A DNA stretch of 64,000 bases. Source: Trichoplax sp. H2 (Eukaryota). The notes beneath the pieces were generated by a model. That model was given only the letters and a program-made list of their open reading frames with translations. It was not told the DNA's origin and did no database searches. The position numbers and the translations under genes were made by a program. Below, piece by piece: positions 46,966 through 59,939 of this stretch. Where the stretch lies: assembly GCA_003344405.1 (NCBI GenBank), contig NOWV01000277.1:1-64000 (forward strand), in the 5' to 3' direction. Numbering within the stretch: the first letter of the stretch is position 1; each line of letters begins with the position of its first letter.

Positions 46966-49712
46966 CTATTCACTTTCGTCACTTTCTAAAGAAATAAAAG
47001 ATTTGATAAGAGAATAGCGTTGACATAGAGTAAAATTTTCGATTATTGCTCTATCTAGCAGTATTTTTAAATGTCAACAATGTAACAGCCCGTAGTTGAG
47101 TATGGTAAACAAAGTATTAATCACAAACTTACTATCAGTAAGCAGTCGCTTCGTGTCGTCTATAGTGCCTGCTGAGACTGAATCTTTTTCGTTTTCTTTA
47201 CTTGTAAATTTATGCACCAAGTATGTTACCAGAAACAGTCCAGAGCTTACAACATACAACGATGGAAATAGCACTATTAAAGCGATCCGTAAATTTGAAG
47301 CGGCCGCAAGAGGAGGCACCAATAATGGCATTAAACCAGCTGCATTTCGATATATAAATTGAATACAGGTGTTGTTATAAATTTCTGTACTAAGAATATT
47401 ATTGGGAGTACATGCAACAGAACCAAAAATCTTTGAAAGATCATTTATTATTCAAGTACGAATATACCTCTATTCGATTTTTCTTACCGATATTAGTAAT
47501 GATAAAGAGATAGATTGCTATTGCTGAAGTACGAATATTGCCAGGTACGATCTCCACTATAACAGTCAGAGTAACACCAATCCACATTTCTCCAATTAAA
47601 TAATTGGGAATCAAAATAATAAATGCTGCTGGTGGTGGCAATAGCAAGGCCATGAGAGCAAAAGGCGCAGAACACAACTATAATATTATTATGATACCTT
47701 ATTGCGTGAAATATTATATAACTCATACCGTTTAAAAGTAATCGAATAAATAATTTTAATAATATAGTTGATACTGTAAAATTATATTTAATCAAAGTCA
47801 ATTACCTGGCTAGCTATTAACACCCATATTCGAGCTTTCAAGCCGTAAGATGTAACTAAACGATCCGAAATAATTCCACCTAGCAGTGATCCTAGAGAAC
47901 CAGCAATTAATGGAATCCATACAAGATAATTCGCGACCATTACTTGCGGATAATATTGGTTGAAATAAGACTTTACATTGTAAGCCCACACATAACCTCC
48001 AGCATTTCTAATAGATCCAGCACTGACGAGGCATAATAAAGTATAATTTTTGAATGGAGCAATAGCTTTTGAAAGCAAGAGTAAAATTAAAAATCATGTA
48101 AATAAATCATCGTGATAAGTAAGAGAATATGATATTGCACTTATTATGGTTTATGGCCGATAGTACCTGTATAGTGTACTCTTAAATACAAGGCCTATGC
48201 TTTTATTACAAACATACCAGATTTAAAGCGTGTCCATGAAAGCTTTTCTGACATATTTGAGGATTTATCTTTATGCGCTTTTTGAGGTTCTTTGACTGTA
48301 GCAAGTATAAGAATGGCGATAATGAAACCAGGAATTGCGGCAATCCAATACACCCATCGCCATCCCAGATTCAAGATATTTGCTCTAACAACGTAATCTC
48401 CTAACGCAAAGGATAAACTATAGCCTGTATAGATTCCCCAGTTATATATAGAAATGGCAGCAGCCCGAAGATTCTAATTAAAAATGTTAAACTGGATAAA
48501 TTAATGATACACTATATCCAAAGTTAATTAAGAACCTGTACTAGTATCATATGCAAGTTTACATTATGATTAACATGGAATTATCGTATTTACTGAACTT
48601 ACCGAAGGAAAGTAATCGGCGATAATACTTGCTGCGAAAGGTGTACATCCTGCTTCTCTATAATATCATATTAGCAGCTATATTATTATCAATGGTATCT
48701 TTTATCAACAGTCTAACATATTGATATAATATAGAATTGAATCTACTAATTATTTTCATCTAAGGTATCTTGTATCAATAGTTAAACATACTTATATTAA
48801 TATAGAATTGAATCCACTAAAAACTTCTAATTTTAATAATTTCTTTTACTCTTAATAACTATCAATAATACTGAAATTAAGTACCCAATGCCAATTGCAA
48901 AGCGAAGTACTAAAAGCTGCCAGTACTTTTCAGTAAATCCAGTGATGAATGTCATAGCACTCCAGAAAAACAAACAGCCGACAAGAAGATTACGACGATT
49001 AGTCAGGTCGCCAATTGCCGCTAGAGGAATTCCAGAAAATGTATATACCACTACGAATAGGACAAAAAGCGGAATAGAAGAAAAATATGACTTGTAATAG
49101 CAGGTCATTTTACCAACTATACAAGATTAATGTCATACAGGTAGCGAAAATAAGGCCATTACCTATAAATGCTGGCCCAGCCAATATTTGAAATAATTCT
49201 CCCTGTCCGTTGTAATCGTACTTACAGACATGCTCACCGAAATCATTAACTTTGCTGTCACATCTAAATTAACAGACAAGGGATACAGTAGACTAATTAC
49301 TATATAAAGTCTTTTATAAACTTTTGCTACATCCATCAGCAATTAATATCCGCTAATACAGTCCATGCTATGATAAAATGAATTGGTATAACGGTGGGAT
49401 AAACATGAAGCTAAGAATAAAGCAAGAAAAGTGAATACCATCAATCACTTACATCGATTCAATTTGATGAGAAGTTAGAGTTTTGTCATGGATTCCACAC
49501 GATATATTTCTAAATTGGGCTTTACTATAAGACGTGTTAAGCAGGCAGCCTTTATCGCCCCATTGCATTTCTTGAGCTATATAAATGGATGTAACACCAA
49601 TAGCATAGCGATCCAGTTGATTCAATAGATATGTTAGTAGCAGTAAAATGAGTACATAAACTGGATAGCACCCAATTTCACGAAGCTCCAACACTTTTCG
49701 CTTGATACCCAT
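46966..49712 (-). CDS. MFS transporter, spinster-like (tandem paralog B), multi-exon
   Basis: Same motifs and intron positions as paralog A (YLLNQLDRY, GDLTNRRNLL, EAGCTPFAASIIADYFP, GWRWVYW, GGIISDRL). It ends ...DTKRLLTD/KSDESE*. Confidence 0.85.
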
Positions 49713-52241
49713 GATTCTACTTATACTAGGATACGGCTTAAAGATTTAGTGTAATTTCATGATATTTTTAAAATAAGTCACAAGCTTTCTTGGAAATATT
49801 GATGTATTCCGATAGCTGGTTCGTAGTAAATGCTGATGCGAATTTTCCTAAAATTGAAATCAACTAAGGATTTAAAATGAAGCTTTCAGTTAGAGATTTA
49901 TTCCTTCTTTCCACAACCAACCTTTAATCTAATTAAGAGATGATAGTGTTTGGCTTCATTAAGCTTTTAATTTATAATTTATAACTGGTTAAATCTCATA
50001 TTCTCATATCTGATTAATTGAAAAGTAACATCATTAGGATTACAGTAGAGTTACAAGTAAAGTTCTGTAGTCGACTCGCGTCAGTAGACTTGTGTTCAAG
50101 TTTTGTATGGCACTGTTTTATAAGGCGAAAATCCCATCTCGACCAAAGAGCATGTTATCGAGTCGTAAAATAATATTCCGGAGGGACATTTATAAGGGTT
50201 TATTCTTAAGCGATTTGCATAATTGATAATATATTCCAATGGCCGGTCTCTAGGGAACCCCATACTTTCTCTGAGAATTAGTGAATGGATTCCAACTATA
50301 GCGTATTAGTAGCACATGACCAGACAGCAAGCAGAAAGAACTACACGTAAATACAGTATAGTTACATTAATGGACTGATGCATAAAAAAACCTTAATAAG
50401 TATTGATTTGTCTTCCATATTGAATCTTGCAAAAAAATTTCCAAAATTTTCCCACCATTTTCATCGTGCTTGAGTAAACCGGTCATTTAATCACAATATG
50501 AATCCGTTACTGTACTCCACGGTATAAAAGTTATATATATTGGTAAATGAGCACTGTAATTACCATCTCACAAAGTGGATAAAATGCAAATTGCTCTCAT
50601 ACGGTACTCAGTACAACACTTTCTTTCCCAAATTTTTATCCAGGAGTAACCAGTTCCATTGACCTTTTTTTGAAGTAGTCTTGTCGTGTAGTTACGCCAC
50701 CAAATTGCGCCATTAGATCTTCGAGAAAGATGCAATTTACTGTAGTATAAAGTATCTGATTTTACATGATGCCAATCAAAATGATGAAAAGTTCGTCAAA
50801 TCTTACTAGATAAATGTGGACAGCATGACCAAATCTTTATTTACTCTGGTTCTGGCATAACCAACATGGAAAAAATTATGCACCATGGATAAGCGATTAC
50901 TGTGGTAGATGCCTTTACTAATTAGGAATGGATTCCATTAAGGACTATTAATAACTGTCATGAGTATGACAATTGCTTCATTGTCTGGATGTTTATTGTA
51001 CTTTATAAATCTGACAATTATCATTGCATAGTCCTTATAATGATACTTTTGATGAACTACTTTCACAACAAGAGATTGCCCATACAGTCGTAGACGATTA
51101 TAATTCAACTAATTATTCCATGAAACATAGTATTTGATTTAGTATAGTAGATATTTCTGTAATAAAACCTAAGGAGAGTTAGCAACTACGGATTATTTCC
51201 TTTAAGGCTTTATAATTATAGTCACTTAATGAAAGATTATGGATGTTACGGATATTTATTTAGTATAACCAAATATACTTCAGCCCTCTTTTATCGGGTG
51301 GGGGTTGGGATTATAAGTTATTCATAACTGGTGACCGTTTGCGTTGACGGATTATTTTATAGCTCATACTATGTTGTACTGTATAAATCTGATCATATTC
51401 AATTTCAGGAAGTGAATTGCTATATTTTATGGACTAGGTAAAATTAATCATTAGTTTATACAGTACCATGCAGCTTTCATATAAGAATGTTTTGGAGGGC
51501 GTATTCAGTTACGAGAGATGGAGTATTGTAAATATCGTGAACTCCTAAATATTAGTGTATTACGCGTATTTCTATCGCATTATTAATTTTAGCCCTTTTA
51601 AATCAATTTTAGCACAATTGCCGGCAGAATTAATACAGTATACTATCGTTACACTATTATCGAAGCACAGTTTCCTGCTTAAACTTTACGTCCTGCTACT
51701 GTCTAGAAGTGGTAGCGGACACAATCGATGGCACACTGAGAAAATGTACGGGGTTAAATGCTAAGCGAGGAGCGATTGATAAAAGCTAACTATAATTTGC
51801 TAAAAAAAAGTGCTGATTATTGTCTAACAGGCATAGAAGCAATGCTAATGGTCGTCAATATTCTAACGACTAGCTTATATAGTATTCTAACGAGTCTTTT
51901 TCTTCTTTTGAGTATTTAACAACAATTTTTGGTACAGTACTGGTAGTAGATATGAGAACACACATATTCGGCAAAGAAAAAGTACGGCGCGAAGAACGAT
52001 TTATTTCTACCGTATTCTACTGGAATTTTCTTTTTTTCAAATCTTGAAATATGGATAGAAGGATAAAAGTGATCCCGTATCCAAGCCAAAAATATCTGGC
52101 TGATCTTAAGGTTTTAGGAAGCACTACGCCTCTTCACTCGTTCATGATATTGAACCACCGCACACCCTGCGTGCCGCCATGATAATACGCAATAGTATGT
52201 TGTGCATATATTACACTGCAAGAATTTTTTCTATTTGACCG

Positions 52242-52443
52242 TTATTTACAGTTGGTAGATTCAATCCAAATATGCACTAGCAACTCGTACTGTAAACGAT
52301 TGTAAAAATGGAATGTTAATTAATAAAAAAAAATTCATTAAATTATTTACAGTATGTAGATTCAATCAAAATATGCACCAGCAGCTCGTACTGTAAATGA
52401 TTGTAAAAATGGAATGTTAATTAATATAAAAAAATTCTTTAAA
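52242..52443. repeat. Tandem duplication, about 101-bp period
   Basis: ttatttacagt..gtagattcaatc.aaatatgcac.agca.ctcgtactgtaaa.gattgtaaaaatggaatgttaattaata occurs twice. Confidence 0.9.
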
Positions 52444-52899
52444 AGTTATGAATTTGCGATGAGCTTCATTACGTAATAGTGAATATATGTATTAGTTGTG
52501 TTAAAGCTCATAGCTTGTTCTATTCTATAAGCACTCGTATACTTTGTTAATAGTGGCCGACCTTTATCATGACTTTGAGCAGCAAATGACTGTTGTTCTG
52601 GCGAGATTGCCGCATTCTTACTCTATTTTTTATTCATTGGCGTTCGCGGACATTAGAATTTAAATTTATATTACTACGTAGTTAAGTTAAACTAAGGTAG
52701 ATTATTAAATTAATATCTAAATTTTAAATCCAATATTCATTAACTAGACTTCTTTTTGTAATTCGGGAAGATATTTATAAATATTTCTGCTTTTATTCTC
52801 TTGTTTGTAATGTAATAATTGTAACATTTCCATTACGCATTTTTGGCATTTTTAGCGATGTAGAACAAATTTTTTTAGCATGAACGCTATCGGTAAAGT

Positions 52900-53195
52900 A
52901 TAAATTATTTTATTCAATTTTTGAATTCGTGAAACTTCTTTCATACCAAGTATTGTTTTAATTTCGGGATTACAATATAGTTTGAGGGATTTTTATCAAT
53001 AGTAGCCGAAGCTTCTTGTTCTGATGGAAAATTAATCAAGGAGATTTTTTTTAGTGCAAATCTATCAACTTGAGCTTCTGGAAGCTGACAGGTTCCTTCA
53101 TTATCTGTACGATTTTATATTACGAAAACTAAGAATGGTCGTTCCAATTCATGAGTATCACCGTGTATGCTTTCATTCTTTTCTTGCAGTGCTTC
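52900..53195 (-). pseudogene. Decayed bacterial-type MoxR AAA+ ATPase fragment
   Basis: EALQEKNESIHGDTHELERPFLVFVI*NRTDNEGTCQLPEAQVDRFALKKISLINFPSEQE aligns to the MoxR signature EAMQExQVTIxGxTxxLxxPFxVxATQNPxExEGTYxLPEAQLDRF. There is an in-frame TAA at 53117-53115, then a frameshift to EIKTILGMKEVSRIQKLNKIIY. No introns. Confidence 0.75.
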
Positions 53196-54875
53196 ATGCG
53201 ATTCATTGAAATGTCGCTGCCGAATACTATGCACCAGCATCACATCTATATTCAAAATCGAGATCATTTTCTTTACAGTTACAGGGATAACAGTTGCATC
53301 AATTGAAGCAAAATTGGAGCAATACAACTATAATAAAGACACCATCAGTTATTGAAGGGTTTGGATAGATTGAAAATTCAATAAAATAATTCTCCAGATT
53401 CTATTTTTTCAGTGCGTAAATAATATTATCACCATTTTTGACTGAAACTCAAATTGGTGAAAGTATTGCATGTTAAAGTTCATTTATGATATTCCTTACA
53501 ACAGTATTGATTCCGTTTGAATAAAAAATATCCAACATATTTATGTTCTGGAATAAAGGTATCAACAAAATTTATAGTAAAAAAAAAGAAAAGATAATCA
53601 TTCTAGTACCGAGAATTCGATAGCTATTGTTCACTATCGTTTGTCGCTCGCTTTATTCAAGACGGAAAGGATGCATTTAAACCCAGGTTCAGATTCCTGT
53701 ATTGACTCGATATTGCAGATTCCAGCTATGATTTTAAGATTCTGATTCTGAACGGCCGTCGTCTTTTCGATTTTAAGATCAAATCAATGCTAGACATGAT
53801 CATTATTAAAGTTCAGCCTCAAGTTATCATCGATATCGAAGAGTTACACAGCTTTACCTATAGAAATTATTTAATTTAGGCAAAATTATAGCGGTACGCT
53901 AGAGTCTGGCTTTGTAGCTAATATATGAGACGAAAAATCAAGCGGAAGTACTATCCTACAGGATATTAGTCAACGTCATGTCTTGAAAGTAAATAGTAGT
54001 GATAAGCGAATATCAATACGACACTAGTTGGATTACACGTCATGAAATATCTGTATTCTCTTGGTATTAAGAGTTATTATCCAATGATATTACTATATGG
54101 CGAGTTAACGCTCAAGTCGCGGCTACTTGTATAGGAAATCGATGATGCTAATATAAAAAGAGGTTGCAGGTGAATGTTTTGCATAAATGAATTATATAGC
54201 AGGTGAAATGCTGTCCAAGATAAAACTAAACCTTGATATCACTCATGTTAATTAATACATTATAATAATTCAACGAACTCCACAGTCTGGCATAAATATT
54301 AGTTTAAACTTCCTGCTGTCTATTTAAAGCATAGCTTGCGAGAAATAAAATAACAAGCGAACATTTTGTAATCTATAAACTTCATTCATATAAAATATTT
54401 TTCAAGTTAACTTTGATGTTATCATACTACAGTAAGCAAGGATAAGATATCATTGTTATATTGTCTTATGATGTCCATGTTCAATTGTTCATGTTGTACT
54501 GTATATAAGTATAAAATCTGGTTGAATATAAGCAATAATTGATTGCTTTGATTCGATTCATGTAATTATGTAGAATACTTTATGACAACGCTATAAAACT
54601 AAGATAAGATACAAATTTTAGAGAATAGCTTAATGAATCATAATTGACTTTTTATTGACAACCTTTCGCTATCAATAGCAATTATTCAATTCTACCTACA
54701 ATTTATAATAGTGGCCATACACAGATTTAATTTGTTATATGAAATTTCCAATACGTAGGTTAATACTTTTAATAACTGACGCAATTCATCAATTAAGTGG
54801 TTGTATTATACAGTATTAAAATTAATGGACTTGAAACAATCTAAGACTTGGCAAAAACTGATAAAAATCTTGAGA

Positions 54876-57800
54876 TTATGATTTACCCCATATCCAACCC
54901 CGTACCAAGCCACCAATACCACCGCTTTTCTTTTGTTCCATACGATGATCCAAAGATGGAAACTCCACGTAATTATTAGCAATGTCAAAGAAAAGAGGTT
55001 TACAAGGGATAGGTTCGAATTGCGGCGGAAATTCAACTAAATTTGGCTTGTCCGTCAATGTCGAAGGATCCGAATAATAAACATCTAATCTTTCGCTAAG
55101 AGGCTATGTGAATAGTAGGCAAAAAGTTTTAATTAGCAAAGTTACCAAGGTACTGTAAAATATCAGGAAAATAAAAATAAGTGCAATTCATATCGAGGAC
55201 CAACACACTAATTCATACCTGTTGGCGTAACTGCTCGATCGACTCAATGGTACTTCCTTCTAAATCGTCACCTGGATGGTGATACGCGAATATAGCATTT
55301 CATAATGTTGAGATCATTAATATTCCTTACTTAAGTTAAAATCTTAAATATAATCATTCGTATTAAGTTATTAATCTTGCGCTACCGACGCTTACGCAAA
55401 AAACTGTACCTGATAGCAATTTTGCATGAGCTACACACTTTTGTCCACGCGCCATAGAAATAAATCGTTCAAGCCGCTGTAAATATAACTAGTGAGGATA
55501 ATGGCTTATGATTAGAGATGGTATTAGAGCGATCCTGATTATCAAGTATTTGCATTGACAAGATTTTTACTTGGGATTTCCTTTCTTCGCATTCCTTGAA
55601 TCTTTCAATAGCATCACTACACCGAGTTATAGTCTTTTCAAATAATGCCATAGCTTCGTGCCACTTATTGGCAAATACATAGGTCAATCCAACGTGGTAA
55701 CACCTATATCCATCCAAAATAAATAAACGTAATTTATAAGATTATTGTTCCAGTTGATATAACTCATAAACTATGCAAAGTAATCACATTCCTAAAGGCC
55801 TTGAATGCCTGCGTTTCTGCCATAATACTCGACGCTAAAGTTTCATCATCTTCAACACCAGCAAGTTGCAATTTGTCTCCTAAAGTCTGAGTTAGAATAT
55901 TTAAAGTATGCATACTTAGCAACTGTAGATGAGTATATCTTATCAATCTAATGCAAGATTAAGATAAGAGAAATGTCAATTAATCATTTCCGAATTCATA
56001 AAGGTAAAATTTTCGCTTTCATTATGGTAGTGCAATACCTGTAATGCAATATCATACAGCCTAACTAAATCGTCTGGTTTAGTCGGTTTATTTTTCGATT
56101 TACTAGAACCAGTACTTTCAGGTAGTTGCATACGCTCTTCCAGAGAATCAGCCATGACAATATTTCTCTCAATCGTTATGCAATATTTAAGGTGTGAAAC
56201 GTATGATAAGAGGTCAAGAGCCTGGGATTCCCCTCTAGAATGAAAATTCTTTGCGGATGCCTAAAACGATGATTTCAATATCAGATATGTGCTGTTGGTT
56301 TAGTAGTTTAACTACTATTCTATTCTAAATCTATTAACCTACCGATGCGTCTGATTTTAGCGAATCTTTAAGTATTTGCAAAGCGTCTTTGCACTCCATC
56401 AAGATACCGTCATAGACATCAATTCTACTGTCATAATCTGTGGCTCTAGCCAATTCTTCCGAAAGACCATGATAACGGAGAACCAAAACACGAATTTCTT
56501 CAGAGACTATGGGAAGTTTCTTACCAAGCCATATCACTTCGTGAAGGGTAGCCGCTTGTTTTTCTCTTAATTGAGTAATAGTCCGCTGAAATAAACAATC
56601 AATGATTTCAGAGAAAGTTCATGCTTATGTCAAAGTACTTGCAGCCTTACGTTAATTTTAGCAGCTAATAGATCTGAGCCGCCAGGAGCATTCTTCAATT
56701 GCATTAATTCTTTAACATCAGCACTTGATTCATCTAAATTAAACAGGCAGTAGCGAATATTTGGTGCAACTTCGTTAGCACGCTGACTGTAGGTTGCAGC
56801 TTCACTTTCTATTAAAATTCCAGCCAATTCTTCATAGATTTTTCTAACAATTTCGTTGATTAATTAATTAAGCAATGAGAAGATTACTCCTGTGCAAGAA
56901 AAACTTGATATCGGCGATAAATAAGAACTACTGTACAACATGGATGACACAAAGAATGATTACTCCTATCGGCCAGCAAAATAGTTATTCTTAATCGTTA
57001 ATTTCATTAACATATCTAATTGTCATGTAAAGGGTATAAGGTAATGTCCTTGTAATTCTTAATCCTACTAAAATTCATATTAAAAGCAAGAACTATCATT
57101 TCTACTTACTTTGCACGAGAGAAGAGTTCATATGACTTGTCCCATAATTGTAGTTCAAAGTTTAGGTTAGCTGCCATCCATGAGTAATAAGCCTACAAGT
57201 TTAAAACAGAAAGCTTGACTTTGAATAGTGAACAGGTTATACGAGGGTATGAAAATGCTCCCATAGCGGATTAGTCGCTGTATGTTAAGAATAAAGAATG
57301 TAGATCATCTTCATATTCCTATTTAAGAATCTGAAATGTAGTAATTATAATGATGTATGGCATTGAATATGGCCACTATCAATCGTGATCATGTACTGTA
57401 ATATCGAAAATTATTCAATATGTATTCAATAATACGTCCAATTGAATCATAACTAGGCATGGACAAATTCTTATAAGACCGTTATCCTGAGGAATTAATA
57501 CTGTAGTATCGTTGAGCAGCAAGACACTTCTTTTGATGATGGACGTGAAATCAGTTTACCTGAGCTTCTAGTTTGGTGCGAGCATCGTAGCCTTCATCAT
57601 CGCTTAATTCGTGTAACATTTTAGCATAATAAACTGCTTTCTTCATTCGGCGAATCAAATGGAATCTTTTTCGTATTTCAGTATTAGATAACTGCTTCAA
57701 CTCCATAGCATAACTCCAGGCGCGTTCGGCACACATTAGCGGCAAGTAAAGGTACCTAATTATACGATGACAGTTCATTGTAGTGAATTGTAGACATGTT

Positions 57801-58893
57801 ACTTTACTATGAGTAGGGCTTTCACACAATATTATAGACAACTACAACGGTGCAGCAATGGTAGTCATCTTTGATCCAATTCTGTCGGTTCGATGCGATG
57901 ATTTTAGTCAACTAGCTACTACATAACGTGGTAATTTGTCAATTGGTCGTTCTACTTTCGGTTAACGACTACTATAAAATGTAGTAAGCTGTCGTGTGGC
58001 AGGAACAATTTTGTACCCGACGATCGTGATTGATGAACAAGTAAAACTATTTAATTTTAGTTGTGACTGAAATTTCAATGCATCCAATCAATAATATGCG
58101 GTATCCTATCATCCCAACTATGAGCAGAATGTATCGAATATCCTATTGACAACGTTTCCATTTGATCATTTGATATACGCTTGGATATTAGCTTTCATTC
58201 TGTATTGAATAAATGAACGCAGTAGCAGAGCATCATCTTACCGAACGTCTTTGGATGCAATTTCCGTGGTTATTGCCTTCTTCCTAAAATGATGGCGATT
58301 ACCATTGACAAAATGTAACGATTTCCTAAGCCTCCGTATTCTTCTACTGCAGTATTGCCTAGATAAAGAGTAAGACATAACCATTATGAATATCCATTGG
58401 TTGTATCCTGGTCGTTGGTGATTATTAAGAACCCATTGAAAGTGGCCATTTTAACTGCCTAGCATAGGTTGCTGCAGTATGACGAATGTACCTGTATCGT
58501 TGGTAATCGCCATGGCGTAAACCGTGCTGATTTTGTGCATTTTTGATGACTAACAAAACTATATAGTATATTAAAAAAGAAAATATATTGGTTAGCAGTA
58601 TAATAAATGGACATGCAGTCAACAAAGTGTATCGGCAAGTCATGGAATCATTTCTGTGCCATGCCCTTTCCCTTTGCATTCGCTGACGCTATCATGAGTG
58701 AACAAGGCTGTCGACTAATTTTGCTGTCTATCGCTTGTTTCTTACTCTTTTACTCTTTTTTATTGAAGTAAAAAGAATGACTACTAAGTAAGCTATCCAT
58801 TTTTAAAGAAGATTAAGCACCTTCCAAAGGAACTTTAATGGCTTCATTGGCCAAATCGTCTTGGTGGGTCTCTTCCTTACCACCGACAGTCAT
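54876..58893 (-). CDS. SRP68: Signal recognition particle subunit SRP68, 13 coding exons
   Basis: AQNQHGLRHGDYQRYR-QYCSRRIRRLRK, AERAWSYAMELK, APNIRYCLFNL, TKPDDLVRLYD, FKAFR-CY, FPPQFEPIPCKPLFFDIA...GWIWGKS*. The ATG is at 58893. Confidence 0.95.
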
Positions 58894-58939
58894 GATGGAT
58901 GTCGCTTTCACGTTGAAACGGAATGGTTTGGTAGAAAGC

Positions 58940-59930
58940 GAGTTGTACTATACTGTCCTTACTGCGCAGTCGCTGGAGTACAGTACACTGTAAGAGGTGT
59001 ACTATACTGTACTGTAGACTATACACTGTGGGGTACAGTACTGTACAGTACAGTACAGTACAGTACAGTACAGGACAGGAGAGTAAAGTACTGTAGACTC
59101 CAGTGTAAAGTACTGTACACTGGACTCCTGTACAGATATTCGAACATGCGCATGCTCTAGCATTGAGATGACGATATCAGCACCAACTAGACTAACAGCT
59201 TTAGTATGAGGAAAAAAGAGTGTCCCAAAATGTGGACCCATTTTTCATACAAAGCCAAATAAAATGTGTCCAGACTTTCCGGACGCCCTGAGGCCTGAGG
59301 GTGTTTGGAAAGTCATTTGCCATTAGTAAGTCAAATACCACTCAATTCGCCAATGACTTTTGAAACAATTTTACTGTAATCTTATAGAGCCAAGCTTGAA
59401 TGATTATCTTGGGAGATATCCTTCTACGGGTATATATAGTGTTATAGAAATACTATACAGGAATTTCAACGGAATACAACTTTGATTTTGAACGAAGAGG
59501 AGACATCGAAAAGAATCGGATTCAGTACAGTATATTGTACAGTACAGTACAGTACTGTACACTGTACAGTGTACAGTATATTGTACTTGTAAAGTTCCCT
59601 CCATGTGCTTCTCTATCAAAACCCTTCCAATTCAACGTATCATGGTGCTGCCTACTTCAGTCTGTCAATGAACTGGAAATAGGCACAGCAGGTACGAGAG
59701 ATGTTGCTTACTCTGACCTGATTTGTAATAGTGATGTATAAAAATGAACTGTATAAATCAATACTCTACTGTATCTACCCCAACTTGGATGGTTTACCAA
59801 CTGCATGATCAGATTTGACAGTGATTTCTACAAAACTGTACAGTACTGTACTGTACTGTACAGTACTATACTGTACAGTACAGTACAGTACAAAGCCGTA
59901 TAGTGTACACTGTACAGTAGTACTGTACTA
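58940..59930. repeat. Mixed (CAGTA)/(CTGTA) pentamer arrays in the SRP68-RhoGAP divergent promoter
   Basis: Clusters at about 58945-59135, 59522-59587 and 59836-59930, e.g. tacagtactgtacagtacagtacagtacagtacagta. Confidence 0.9.
59145..59154. promoter_or_regulatory. NRF1-like palindrome upstream of SRP68
   Basis: CATGCGCATG (core TGCGCATGC) lies about 250 bp upstream of the SRP68 ATG. Confidence 0.35.
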
Positions 59931-59939
59931 GAGGAGCCA

